From a virus (taxonomy: Duplodnaviria; Caudoviricetes): a DNA stretch of 55,548 nucleotides. The position numbers and the translations under genes were made by a program. Shown here one piece after another: positions 35,616 to 48,200 of this stretch. The number at the start of each line of letters is the position of its first letter. Position 1 is the stretch's first letter. The stretch covers positions 1-55,548 of IMG/VR virus record IMGVR_UViG_3300032278_000008; one strand, 5' to 3'. The notes below the pieces were generated by a model. That model searched no databases, was not told where the DNA came from, and saw only the letters and a list, made by a program, of their open reading frames with translations.

Positions 35616-38600
35616 CTATGTTAGTGCCATCACTCTCATCTCTCGGACTGCTGGCAGCCAGCACGGATGAGTTGTATGTAATTCAATTTTAATTCTAAAG
35701 TGGTCAAATTCATTAGGTATTTTCTTCAATGGAGTAAAGGTATGCTCAATAAATTCCATATTAGTCACAATTGCCGTATTAGTGATAGTCACACCAGAGT
35801 CTTTCATCTCTCTCCAAGTAACTGGGTCCTCTTCAATAACAGCAAGACCAATTGGATAATCTGGATGTTCTGCTGACACGATTGAGTCAATTTCTAGTAC
35901 AGGCACTTCAACTTTGGATGGCGTTCCATCACCAAGTAAGATTTTCTTATAGAATTTTCTATCTAAATCGTCATCCCAAGTACCGAACCAGATATCATCA
36001 ACTTCATAAAGACTGAGGTCAGTAACGCCTGGAAATGGATAACTTTGTCCTGTAGCATCTGCTCCAACTCCTGTTAAATCTTCTGTTGAGATGAAACAGG
36101 TTCTAATAATTGATTTCATATGAGAAATATCAACTAAGTGGGCTTGAGTAAAGTTTCCTGGATTATCATCACCATCAACATAAGCAGTAGATACTGCCGC
36201 ACTTGAACCAGTATCTTGTATAATACCAGACCAGTTCGCAATCCCTGATTGCTGAACCGTGATAACATTCTCTGGACTATTAGTTCCAGATGGATAAATC
36301 CAAGCATACTCACTTTCAAAATCGTTTACAGTATAATCACCGTGAGTAATAGTATTGATATATGCTTTAACATTGATATATCGTGGAATAACTGTACCAG
36401 TATCATAGTATACTTTAATATACGTATTAGGAACTTCTTGAACTGAAAGCCACATCGTCAAGTCTTCCGCAAAATGAGAAAGTTTAACATCTTTCGATTG
36501 ATAAATTCCCATTTGATTCTTAACAAGGGCCGCAGTATCAAACACAGGATTGTTTACAATGACTGTGCTAAGTCTCTCTTTATTAAGAACTGGAGAAACA
36601 TTTGTATTTTCTGTAGCAAAATTGGCAATATATGAAAGTGCAGTATGAGTATAGCCAGATGCGATAGTATGAGAACCATCAAGCGATATCACATTATCAA
36701 GAACGACATCTTCATTATCTAGAATCCCGCCCTTAATATTAGCAGTATCACCATTCTCAATAGCAGAGAAGTCCATACTACTTCCTGAAATAACTAATGG
36801 TTGAAAATTAGGCATATATTGAACGCAATCTTTGATTCCAGCAAACTCTTTAAAGTCAAGTTGTATTTGCCCTGCTGGTACGAATTGACATCTATTTATC
36901 TGGAACTTAACGTCTTTTAATTGTTCTGCTGTCCACGTCATATTGTTCTGAGAAGTAAACATCGAACCCAGATAAGGCTGTTCGTGTATATATTCTCCAG
37001 TCGCTACATCAACTTGACCTAGTTCAGAAATAAATACATTGTATTCTAATGAACTGGTCTCTGTAACGAAACAATACTCAGTATGATTCATTAGATAAAT
37101 TGGGTCCTCGAATTGAAATCTCGTGCTTACTGTACCGTCTGTAGAAGTAGTAATGTTTTCTGGATAGATTAATACGTCTGCTAGTGGAACAAGCGTTGTT
37201 GATGGATAACCATTTATCATTGTTCGTATTTGCATATGAACGGGCTGTTGTTCTGAATCTTTTGACCAGAAATACAAGTCAATTGAATCAATAAATGCTC
37301 CGCCCTCTTCATCTATATAAAATGATTGTGCTACTGGGTCTCCCCTATTAACTTGCCATCTCTGAATAACTGTCATCGATGTCCTATTATTTGATAGGAC
37401 TCTGCTTCTATTTACATTTCGATTATCAGTTATAATATCTTGTGTATCTTCAACTGCCAAATCTACTTGAAAGTTTGAAAGTGTTGATAGAATATCTCTC
37501 TGGCGTCTTTCGAGAGTACCAGCAGAGGTGAATATACCAACTGCTTGAGTTGTCATCTCTAGAGGATTATCAAAACTATCTTTCAAGTGAAGTAGTTTTG
37601 TACCAGTTCTAATTCTAACACCATCAGGTCCTTCTGAAGGAATCTGCAATACACAATTTCTTATTTGACCTTTTTCGTCAGATGAAACTGGGTCGCCCAT
37701 AGCGCCACCATCAGGTATCATATAAGCATCAACATTAGTTTCATCAAACTCAAAGTGCATAACTGTGTTCGGTCGTAGTTTGTCAACTTCAACTGTTACA
37801 GGTACAGACCTCATCCAAGGAATAGCAGATTGGTCAATAAATCTATCACCGATTTGTGTACGTAAGTCATTTATTTCCATCCAAGAACGTACACCAGTTC
37901 TAAGTTGTTCTTCAACCATCTGTTGATTCTGTTGCCAAACTTCTAATTGAGCAATGTTTCTCCAAACAGTTCGTTGTGCGGCAGTATTACCACCACCAAA
38001 TGTTCTTTGTCCAAGTTGAAATGCTCTAACAGAAGTTCCTGCTCCGCCCCAACCACCAAAGGTAGTTTCTGAACCAGAGCCAACTGCGAATCTTGCCCCG
38101 AAATCTCTCCAACCAGTCCAAGTTGTCTGCCAAGCATTCCAGCGAGTCTGTACGCCAAAATCTTCTACTTGCTGTAGAACGGCATTATTGTTTTCGTTTT
38201 GAATGATAACATCTGGTAAATAGAGTTGTTCAAACCAAGTATCAGATTGTGGTATTAGTCTAACGAATCCTACCCAAGACTTTCTCATAAATGGATTCAA
38301 GTTAAGAACTTGAGACCCGTGAGGCTGTCCAAGCCAGGCTTCTTCAACATTATAATCAAGCGTGTATGTCACACGATTTGATTTAATATCAGTATTGGCC
38401 CCGCCTTCCATATCAAGCCCTTCCATCTCGAATGGTACAGTACATATACCTGCTTCAGGATAGATAGAACAATAATATGCTTCGTCTACTACATCTCCGA
38501 TGCCGTGGTCAACAAATGGGTCAACTAAGATGCCATTTTTATATCTTTGTAAGCCCGCTGTGTCAAAGACTTGCATATCAGCGGTGTCTTTTTCTAGTAA

Positions 38601-41039
38601 ATTAAGTGCAGTATAGTATTCTAATTTTTCAAGTCTATTTTCTATACCACGAATGTCCTGCATCGTAAATCGTTTATTCTTTACGTGAGCGACATTAATA
38701 TTCTTGTGGTCATACGTATACGGTGGTACCATCATCGTATACAAGGTCATTTCGTTCTCTTCTTCAGATGGAAGTATTGGGTCATCTGAAGGGAATCCTT
38801 GTTTTATTTGAAATTTACCGTCATCATTAACAGTCAATCTATCTTTACGTCCTTGATAATAATCATAAGAAGCAGAGATGTTTGAATCTGGTAATGGTAA
38901 ATATGTGCCGACTGCGTAATCGTTATCGGATGCCCTAAAGTCTATATTGTCTGCTTGACTATAGATTTCATTATTAGTGAATGCTCGATATGAAGGAACA
39001 TCATCGTAAAGAATACCAGCATCAGTAAATGAGTTAACAGCAAAATAGTTTGCAGTTGTAATATTACCGAATGTGTAATGTTTGTATGTTACTGAATAAG
39101 TGCCAGGTTGTGATGCGGTTGCGTGTGTCCACTCAAGAGTAGAATCAGCAAAAGTCGTATCAGTTGTGCCACTTGTGTAAGTAAACATCGGTTTAACTTC
39201 TTGAGTATCAGGCGCAATAATAGAAATGATTTCCGTCGTGGCATGAGGTATGGTTAGTTTTTCGTCAACAAGAACATAATCGTTTGTGCTTGTACCGTGA
39301 GATAATGCCCTCCAGTTTGCATTACTCATATACATATTTGCCATAATCTTGATTCCGTGCCCACTTAGATTTGTAGAGGCACTACCAGAGACTTGGTCTA
39401 TAATAGTAATGAGTGCAGTCGTATTTCCTGATAAGTCAGCAGTCCAAGTATCGCCAGCGCCAACTGTTCCGTTCTGAGGTATAATTGATTGGGTGAAGTC
39501 ATCCCAAATATATAGAACTTTTTCCCAGTGCATATCGTTGAAAACAGCAGGCACTGAAGCAACAGCACCAGTTAAGGTTGCTGTAGAATTCTTTTGTGTT
39601 GAGAAATTTATTTGACCAAGAGTAAGTGATGCTGTGATTGGAGTAACATTATACATCCAAGGATAATGAACGCCTTTCTTGACAGTAACACCAGTTGGAC
39701 GATAAAGTTTTGCGTATGTTGCCATATCCCCTTCTGCAACAATGTATAGTGCAGGGGCAATTGCATCAAGTCCAATATCATTCTCGACATATATTCTGTA
39801 TATGTCGCCCATTTGAGTAACGTGGGTAATACGTTTTCTTACGCCAATAGTATTTGGAGTTGTGTTGCCAGAGTTATGACCAGCATCTGTCACGAATATA
39901 ACGTATTCTTTGTTTACTACATTAAAAACGCCATTAATATCGTTGATATTTTGTACTTCAAAGTATGGTCCAAAGTCAGGAACGAGATGGTCATTCGCAA
40001 TGTGATGCGTTGTTCTTGCTCGGTCCGCTTCTACTGTAACAGGAACTAGAAGTTCGTGTTCAAATCCTTTGATATATGCTTTGCCAGGTTCTACTTTAAT
40101 TGAATATTTCTCTGAAGTAGAGCCTTCTTTAAACTCAATTGGGAATGGATTTAGTGTATAGTTGCCAGATTCATCATATGTTCTTTGTGCCATCTCGTTA
40201 GATAGCATTGAATAATCTGTTGACTCGTATTTTGTGGTGATATATCCATCTTCAATATCCATCAGCCACATAAACTTATTGGCTTCAGCAGAATCAGTGT
40301 CTTTAATTAGATGTAATTTTCGTGAAAATCTATCCCCGCCGGGTGCGTTCTGATTATAGAAACCAGAGGCTGGGTCAAGAAGTCGTGGGTCAGTCGTTGA
40401 CTGAATAATTACTTCTTCAATATCGAATCCAACTCTACAAGTTGGTGTAGCACTGAGTGGGTCTAAGAAAATAGTTTGTTCGAGAACTGGAGTAAAGAAA
40501 GCATCTAGCCAGTAAACTCCGTGAAGAACTCTTGCCTCTAATGCGTCTCCCTTCCCAACAACAACGCCTTCTTTATAAATTTGAGTGGGGTCATACCAAG
40601 AGTTGTCAATACAATTTCCATTAGTGTCAAACCCACCTTCGCAGACTGTATCGTATGTTTTTAATACTTCATTTGCTTGAAATGTTCCAGAAAGAATTCT
40701 GTAGTAATAGACAGGCTGAGTTTCATCATCGTGGAGTTGTGTAATTTCAGCAACAGCAAGTGACGATTCCCCAAAAACAATACGATTCAACCACGTTGAA
40801 TCAGTAGCCGCGAGTTGTACCCATTGTCTTTTGTTGATATTAAGATGACCACCTACAACAGGCGAACCATTCTTCCAGATATGGTCTCCAGAAGCAGCCA
40901 TCTGATTCTGAAGAATCGATTGTATCTGCGTTAATTCTCTAGCCTGTACTGCTCGACCAGGATTGAAAAGTATTCTTAAAAATCTATCATCTGGGTCGTA
41001 ATCATCATAATACGGAGATGTGTTGAAATTATATGCCAT
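35616..41039 (-). CDS. Large virion structural protein, DUF4815/VrlC-like (1807 aa)
   Basis: FNTSPYYDDY...ILFNPGRAVQARELTQIQSILQNQ, APGGDR, RTYDESGNY, RFTMQDI...LEYYTALNLLE, DPVAQSF. Confidence 0.85.
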   Translation of the reverse strand: MAYNFNTSPYYDDYDPDDRFLRILFNPGRAVQARELTQIQSILQNQMAASGDHIWKNGSPVVGGHLNINKRQWVQLAATDSTWLNRIVFGESSLAVAEITQLHDDETQPVYYYRILSGTFQANEVLKTYDTVCEGGFDTNGNCIDNSWYDPTQIYKEGVVVGKGDALEARVLHGVYWLDAFFTPVLEQTIFLDPLSATPTCRVGFDIEEVIIQSTTDPRLLDPASGFYNQNAPGGDRFSRKLHLIKDTDSAEANKFMWLMDIEDGYITTKYESTDYSMLSNEMAQRTYDESGNYTLNPFPIEFKEGSTSEKYSIKVEPGKAYIKGFEHELLVPVTVEADRARTTHHIANDHLVPDFGPYFEVQNINDINGVFNVVNKEYVIFVTDAGHNSGNTTPNTIGVRKRITHVTQMGDIYRIYVENDIGLDAIAPALYIVAEGDMATYAKLYRPTGVTVKKGVHYPWMYNVTPITASLTLGQINFSTQKNSTATLTGAVASVPAVFNDMHWEKVLYIWDDFTQSIIPQNGTVGAGDTWTADLSGNTTALITIIDQVSGSASTNLSGHGIKIMANMYMSNANWRALSHGTSTNDYVLVDEKLTIPHATTEIISIIAPDTQEVKPMFTYTSGTTDTTFADSTLEWTHATASQPGTYSVTYKHYTFGNITTANYFAVNSFTDAGILYDDVPSYRAFTNNEIYSQADNIDFRASDNDYAVGTYLPLPDSNISASYDYYQGRKDRLTVNDDGKFQIKQGFPSDDPILPSEEENEMTLYTMMVPPYTYDHKNINVAHVKNKRFTMQDIRGIENRLEKLEYYTALNLLEKDTADMQVFDTAGLQRYKNGILVDPFVDHGIGDVVDEAYYCSIYPEAGICTVPFEMEGLDMEGGANTDIKSNRVTYTLDYNVEEAWLGQPHGSQVLNLNPFMRKSWVGFVRLIPQSDTWFEQLYLPDVIIQNENNNAVLQQVEDFGVQTRWNAWQTTWTGWRDFGARFAVGSGSETTFGGWGGAGTSVRAFQLGQRTFGGGNTAAQRTVWRNIAQLEVWQQNQQMVEEQLRTGVRSWMEINDLRTQIGDRFIDQSAIPWMRSVPVTVEVDKLRPNTVMHFEFDETNVDAYMIPDGGAMGDPVSSDEKGQIRNCVLQIPSEGPDGVRIRTGTKLLHLKDSFDNPLEMTTQAVGIFTSAGTLERRQRDILSTLSNFQVDLAVEDTQDIITDNRNVNRSRVLSNNRTSMTVIQRWQVNRGDPVAQSFYIDEEGGAFIDSIDLYFWSKDSEQQPVHMQIRTMINGYPSTTLVPLADVLIYPENITTSTDGTVSTRFQFEDPIYLMNHTEYCFVTETSSLEYNVFISELGQVDVATGEYIHEQPYLGSMFTSQNNMTWTAEQLKDVKFQINRCQFVPAGQIQLDFKEFAGIKDCVQYMPNFQPLVISGSSMDFSAIENGDTANIKGGILDNEDVVLDNVISLDGSHTIASGYTHTALSYIANFATENTNVSPVLNKERLSTVIVNNPVFDTAALVKNQMGIYQSKDVKLSHFAEDLTMWLSVQEVPNTYIKVYYDTGTVIPRYINVKAYINTITHGDYTVNDFESEYAWIYPSGTNSPENVITVQQSGIANWSGIIQDTGSSAAVSTAYVDGDDNPGNFTQAHLVDISHMKSIIRTCFISTEDLTGVGADATGQSYPFPGVTDLSLYEVDDIWFGTWDDDLDRKFYKKILLGDGTPSKVEVPVLEIDSIVSAEHPDYPIGLAVIEEDPVTWREMKDSGVTITNTAIVTNMEFIEHTFTPLKKIPNEFDHFRIKIELHTTHPCWLPAVREMRVMALT

Positions 41040-41123
41040 TCGCTATTTATCCTAAAAAGTCCTAATTAACATCCTTTATACCCTTCAAAATCGAAAGGAA
41101 TATTCATTAACTCTAAAACCGTC

Positions 41124-42134
41124 TTAGAATTCAACTACGAGTTTCAAATCTTCTATCTGGTCAGAAGCACGAGTAATCGCTCGGCGATTCTCAAGATAAA
41201 TTAACTGTCCAGAATCCGCTTCTAAACTTATATTTGCATCGGCATATACAGCCGCTTGGGCTTTAGTTCCACCTCCAGCAAGTTCTGGATTACGTAACAA
41301 TCCAATCTGACGAAAGTCATCGTTCTCTGGGAAACCATCTGAGGTTTCTAATCTAACGTGAATTAGTCCGTGATGAGTCTTTGCTGTAAAGATAGCGTCT
41401 GAATCACCGAAGTCGGCTTGTTCTGAACCCGCTAAAACGGCAGCGCCTTGTATAACAGGCATCCAGTCATTGGTTGTTGAGTTAATAATGTCGTTCAATT
41501 CCAATTTATATAGGAATGTCCATACATAGTTGTCAGACGTTGATATTGGTTGAGCGGTGAGTCCCGAAACATCTCCTGTATAGCCAGTAGGCTCTTCAGA
41601 AGCACCAGTTGGTAGCCATAAACCACCGATAGTACCTTCACAAGTTGCTCGTGAAACAGCAGTTCCACCGTCATAGATACCACCGACATAGCATTTGCCA
41701 GTTGATGGTTCGCCTGTACAAGAATATACACGATATTCGGAATTCATTACTGTAGAATGTTCTCCGATTTTTGATACGAATGAACGTCCAGGCTCTGCAA
41801 TTCCAACAATACCGCTAGCGGCATCGCCATCAAATGCGATAGTATCACCTTCATCCCAGTTAATACGTGGAAGAACTGGTGAAATATCATCGTTCTGAAT
41901 TCTTTTGGTACCAACGATGTCGGCCCAATACTGACTTTCATCCTCATCGAGAGGGTCAGGCAAAGTAAAGTTACCTGAAGATTCGTCATTTCCCTGTGCA
42001 TCATCTGGCCAAGCATCAGAACGTCCAAAGCCAAGATACAGGAAGTTATCGTCAACAGAACCAGTAGTTTTGAACTGGTCGATGAAAACCATCAAGTTCT
42101 GTGTTCTGAATTTACTGGTTACAATTGCACCCAT
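41124..42134 (-). CDS. gp8: Baseplate wedge subunit gp8
   Basis: YLGFGRSDAW, PRINW, VMNSEYRVY.C, DNYVWTFLY, FRQIGLLRNP, SGQLIYLENR..ITRASDQIEDLKLVVEF. Confidence 0.9.
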   Translation of the reverse strand: MGAIVTSKFRTQNLMVFIDQFKTTGSVDDNFLYLGFGRSDAWPDDAQGNDESSGNFTLPDPLDEDESQYWADIVGTKRIQNDDISPVLPRINWDEGDTIAFDGDAASGIVGIAEPGRSFVSKIGEHSTVMNSEYRVYSCTGEPSTGKCYVGGIYDGGTAVSRATCEGTIGGLWLPTGASEEPTGYTGDVSGLTAQPISTSDNYVWTFLYKLELNDIINSTTNDWMPVIQGAAVLAGSEQADFGDSDAIFTAKTHHGLIHVRLETSDGFPENDDFRQIGLLRNPELAGGGTKAQAAVYADANISLEADSGQLIYLENRRAITRASDQIEDLKLVVEF

Positions 42135-42180
42135 TTTGAATACTCCTTAAAATTATTTAGTTTGATTAATTAATCACAAC

Positions 42181-42188
42181 TATTTATA
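42181..42188 (-). promoter_or_regulatory. T4-type late promoter TATAAATA
   Basis: Exact consensus upstream of gp8. Confidence 0.75.
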
Positions 42189-42218
42189 CGTCTTATTGAT
42201 TAAAAATTAACATTGTTC

Positions 42219-45200
42219 TTATGATGGCGGAACTGGCCACACATTACTTTCATCAATGATAGTAGTATGTTCGTGGTCCCCTAATCCGCCGCCTGCAGTG
42301 CTTTGACTCCATTCACCGCCTTGTTGTACGCTACCAGTATAAGATATCAAATTGTGATTATCATAGTCACTGGTCTGTGATACTATACCGTATCCGCTTC
42401 CGTCCCACTCAAGAACTAATTCGTGCGTATATTGTGCCGCGTGAGTAGTATCTCTCTGTGGAGTAGTTATATATGCCCCACCCAATAGACTGACATAATC
42501 TGCAACACTTAACCAATAATCGTGGTCGTGATAACCACCAGATAGTAAGAATGTATGAACAATTGTTCCAGTACCTGGTATGATATCGAATTGGCTGATT
42601 CCATCTACAACAAACGCCCCATCATTACCAGTATTCGGATTGAATTTAATCGTATATCCGTGATAATGACTCTCTCCACCATTCGGTGAATCAAAGAATA
42701 TGAAGCCATAATTAGCATCTTGGGCGTTGATTAACTCATTTGCCTGTGCTAGAGTGACTGGCTCACACATTCTGCCCGCATATTGGCCTGCTGTATCAAG
42801 AGTACATCCTGTAAATAATAGATGGTCGTGACTGCCTTCGCCCTCAATGAACGATGGCTGAATCCAAACAATCGGTGGATTATTCGCTTGAAGAATTGTA
42901 TTAATCCACGTCTTTCTTTCTGCCAAATCTTCGACTGTCTCTGTCGTTACTACATCAGAAACATCATAAGTAATTACTGGGTCTCCGACAACAACATTAT
43001 TTGTACCATTAGAATAGAAGGTCGTTGTCGTTGTAGTCGTAGTGACCTGAATAGTCGTTGTTTCAGTCGTTGTGACCAAATCACTATACGTTGTTATTAT
43101 AGTCGTATCACCTGGGTCTGGCGTATCAGGATACGTGGTCGTAACTGGCGATAATTCTGTTGATGTCTGTGAAGTAGTAATATTCGGTGCAGAATTAAGA
43201 ACCTCATCACTTGTTTCTATCTTCGTTACATATATGCTACCACCTGTTTGTTGTGGTGTAACCTCGAAATTTGGATTCCATTCAATTGTTAAGTTATGCC
43301 AGTGAAGCCCTTCTGAAAGATTCTCGACTACAGATATATAATATTTTGATGGGTCTTGAAGAACATCTTCAATACCGCCTCTAATCCAAGTTATAGAAGA
43401 TTCACAATAGAATATATCGAGCGTATCATTCCATTTGATTGTATATTCGTGAAAATGGGCGCCCTCAATAGAATCGTAAATAATAACTGAGTCTACAACT
43501 CCATCAATCAATTGCATACCTTGTTCAATTGTTAATCCATCACAATAACGAATTTGATTGATAAGCGGGCCTTCAGCAAATGGCCCAACAAGTGTACCAT
43601 TATGAAAGTGAGGATGTGAACCACCAGGATATGGATAACCAGGTGAACCAAAATCAGGCACTGTCTCTAATAACTCGTTAAATCCAGGTCGTGAAGAAAG
43701 ATTTGAAACATTTGTTGGATGTGCGTGAGAACGTGGGTCAGTTTCATAGAACTGAGCACCATCATTTGATTCCCATTTCTCTACATCTAAAGCAACAAAC
43801 GACAATAAATTATCGTCATATGTAATTTGTATACCGTGATAATGGTCTCCGTTAGCGATAGATGAATACATTATTACTTCATCAACATCACCATTAATTA
43901 AGTCGGTCGCCTGATTATCATCTAATGCTAATGATTGTCTGCCAGTATTTACACCAATTGTATCTAAGTAAGTGCCATTGAATGAGTGTAAATGGTCTGG
44001 TTGAGACCCTGCTAGATTATCCCAATCGTGTGCATTTGATAGAGTAATATCAGGTGCAGTGTATAGTGGTGTACCATTCCAACCCAGATGTGTTAACACA
44101 CCATCCATTGTGAGAGTATGTTCGTGAGTACGTAGAACTGTATCTACTGGACTATATTCGCCTACGCCATTTACATCCCATAATTCTTCTACTTCATCAG
44201 CAACAAATTGTTGAGTAGAAAGATTCCACATAATTTTGTACTTGTGATAATGTAGATTTTGTCCACTATCAGTAATGGAAGAGAAAACAATAACTTCGTT
44301 AACAACACCATTTGCTAACTCTTCTGCTTGAATTCTTGTAATTGGCATTGCAAGTCTATCTGTGTTTGCACCAAATGTATCTAGTGTTGAACTATCAAAG
44401 TAATGAACGTGAGTATTTTCACCATATTCATTCGCACCTAAAATCTGTAAAATAGGAGCAGTTTCAATATAGAATGTCGTTGGTCCATCTTCTTCTTCGG
44501 GTGACCAAGGGGTATCTGCGCCAGTATCATATGGTTCCCACTCTCCGGTTTCTGAGTTATAGTGCCAGCCAGCAGATGAACCAATTTGAATTTGTTCGTC
44601 TAAAACGGCTGACCACGAAATAATTACTGGATGAATATGTGACTGAGGGTCATTCCATTCCCATATTGGGAAGAACGCATCCCATTCAGTCATCTCAATA
44701 TCTGATATTTCAAGTGCATCAAATTGTTCTAGGGCTGGGTCGTATGTTACTTGATATCCGTGAACGTGTGCCGTTTCAGATGCTGGTATTTGAGATTGTG
44801 CAGGAGTTTCAGTAGACGAATCAAATGTCTCTGTCAATTTGTATATGGCAGTATTGTTTGGTCCAGTGCCTTGATACGTGTTAATACCAACACGAGTAGA
44901 GATATAAATCTCTCCCGCAGTATCTTCACCAATCGTTAGTAATGACCTATCGTGAGTTGTTAATGTTACTATCTGTGCAACTGGGTCCCAGAATGAAAGT
45001 GCTTTTCTTTTCCAACCAATCGCACTGCTCCAAGTTGGTTCAGAGAATGTATCGTGACCTTCTGGATTCGTTTGACCAATTAAATTAAATTGATTATATG
45101 TGGCATTCCACATAATAGTAAATGTATGTGTATAAAGATTTGCGTGAACACTATCAGACTGAACGACAACTACAGTGGAACCAGGGTTCGCTTGTAGAGT

Positions 45201-48200
45201 TTCTACTTGTGCAGGTGTTAATTCGCAAGTGTGACTATGGTCAGCAATTGGAGTTCCGCTTGAGTTTGGTGTTATATCAAAAGTCGCTGTAAGTCCCTCT
45301 GGGTCCTCTTCAAGTGCATATAGATGTCCAGAAGTGCCTGCCCAGCCTGTACTCCAATCACCAAATATATACTTGTCTGTCATACCATCTAATAGAGTAC
45401 CACGATATACGTAGCCACCAGAGATACTAATGCCAGTTCCGTGACTATATTCGTGTATCGGATGTTTTAAATCATTTAAATATGCTGTAGTATTAGCATA
45501 TTGTTGGTCAAGTGCGATTTGGTCGATGATTGCTTGGTCTTCCTCGTAGAAGTGATATGCCTCCATCACTCTCCAACCATAGTTGCCACCGGCTTCTATA
45601 ATATTAATTTCTTCAAACTTATTTTGTCCAACGTCTGCACACCATAATCTATCTTCGCTATCGAAAGAGAAGCGCCAAGGATTACGTAATCCATATGCGA
45701 ATATCTCTGGTCTGAAATATACTAGACCAGTATCGCCATATAGTTTCGCATTAGCGCCTGCAAATGGATTATCTGCAGGGATTGTATACGGTATTCCCTG
45801 CACGACATCTTCAGTCGGGTCTATTCTAAGAATAGTGCCGAGAAGATTAGATGGGTTCTGAGCATTACCATAAACACCGTGACCACCGTGACCGCCTGAT
45901 GACGATGTATCACCCGCTGAACCGCCATCTCCAAGTCCAATGTATAACATTCCGTCTGGTCCAAATCTAACTTCACCACCATTATGATTCATATCTGGCT
46001 GTGGAATTTCGAGAAGAATCCTTTCAGTCGCAACGTCTACACTCGCACCTGCCACATTAGCAGTAAATTCTGAGATAACAGTAGTCGAAAGTGGATAACC
46101 GTAGGCACCAGTTGCTGGTCCTTGTTCTGTCATATAAAAGACGTATAACTTACCGTTTGTTGCGTAGTCTGGATGAAATGCTAGTCCTAAAGTACCACGT
46201 TCATCATAAGCACCAAATGGGCCTAATCCAATAACGTGTTGTATAGTCGTTAAGTCAAAGAATCCTTCTGTAACACCCGTTGTTGTGTGTAAGAGATATA
46301 CAAGTCCTGACTGGTCAACAATAGCAATTTTATCTGGGTCCATCGGATATGCTACCATTGTTGCAATATCTGTAACTTGGTCTGTTACTAGAACATCACC
46401 AAGTAAGTCGCCTGTGTCGCCAGAACCTGGAACAGATGCAATAAAGTTGCTTGAATATATTCTAACCCAGTCTACATCTGGAATTAATGTGTCGCTCCAC
46501 GTCTGAGTATGTTGGAATGTAAATGTCGCTTCACCAGTATGAGTGACAAGAGTTGCATCATCTATAGAATTAAAGACGTTTTGTGGCCAAGTGTTACCTG
46601 CGTAGTCACTTCCATCCATTATTGATGGGTCAACAATTAATTCTGGTCTGAAGTTATAACATATCCAAGTCGTAACTGGTGTATAAGTAAATCCGTGAGT
46701 TAAGTCATTGCCTTGAAAATCTGTGTGATTTTCCCAGTCAGAGTCATACGTAACTGTATATTCGTGATAGTGTGCAGTCAAACCACCGGCACTATCTATT
46801 GTGCCCCCTTGAAATACTCCGTCAACTGTATTTGGAACGCCATCAGCAAGTTTACCAATATTATCGTATAGAGTAACTGAGGCAACTACGCCATCAATTA
46901 AGTCTCTCGCCTGTTGTCTTGTAAGACAATCAGAAGTACGTCCTCTTTGTCTGTCTACTACTTGTCCATCTTCAAACCAGTGTATGTGATTCGTAGCCTC
47001 TGGAAGAAATGCTGTTGTGTGTACACTTGCGTGAAACTCTGGAATCTCAAAGGCATTGTGACTTATTAATGCTCTTGCTTGGTCATAAGAAAGACCAGAA
47101 GCAGTTTGTTCTGTTCCGTGTACAATTAAATTTGGAATTGCTTCCCCATTAAAAGCGTGGTCGTGGAATGCCGCAGTGCCGACTGTTATATCTGGCAATT
47201 CAAGTCCTTTAGTTACCATCGTATGAACTAGAGGGGCAAATCCATTCTTTCGTCCGTGAGAGTGAATCTCATCAGGTGCATTTTCAAATGCTTGAATTTC
47301 GACTGAATCAATAACATCATTAGTAATACCGTATACTTTCTGAACGATAGTATCTTCTCTGTTTTTCTCGAAAAATCCATAAGACTTTTCTGGAGCATAT
47401 TCGGCTTCGGGTAGAAACGCTTCGACCCATTCGACCATTCTCTGAAGATGTTTGAATACTCCCATTTCCCAAATACTGCAGGAAATCATACGACCGTCTG
47501 TCGCACTCTCTATGTCATCTCTAATAACTAATTCAGTTACCGATGGTGGAAACTCATCAATTGGAAGAACTTTAAGAAGATTATAGAATTCAAACAATAC
47601 TTTTTCTGGATAAGCATCAAGTCCCAACTTAGCAGTATCATTCAACCAAGAAATTGTATATAATTTTTCTTTAACAGAACTACCAATTCTCTGTGAATCG
47701 AGTTCTAAGCGTACAGATAAATGGTCGCCAGGGGCTAACCAATCACTCGCTGAAATTAGAGATGCCCTATTCTCAAGGGTACTCATCATTTCTATGACAT
47801 ATTCTTCAAATCCCTTCTCAAGATATACACCAAAACCAGTGTGAGCGTGTCCAAGTCTGCCGTGTTGTTCTGACTCTTGGTCCCAGATATCGATAGCAAC
47901 ATCAAGATAGGAGAAGATATAGATAAGTGCTTTAACATAATCTTCAGGCATCTCAACAGTCATATCAACTGTAGACTGGAATGAGAACTCAGCAAATAGT
48001 TTAAGACCAACTGGGTGAACCAGTTTCTTTAAGACTTCTCGATATGATTGAATAGGAACTTCAGATTTAACCACATAAGAGAAATCTTGATAGTAATCGT
48101 TGTCTTGTAGTTTTCTATCAGAAGATAAGAATGCGGCAGAATCTAACCAATAGCCATTTGTTTTCCAAACAGCCGTATTAACAAGTGGTTGTGTATCTGG

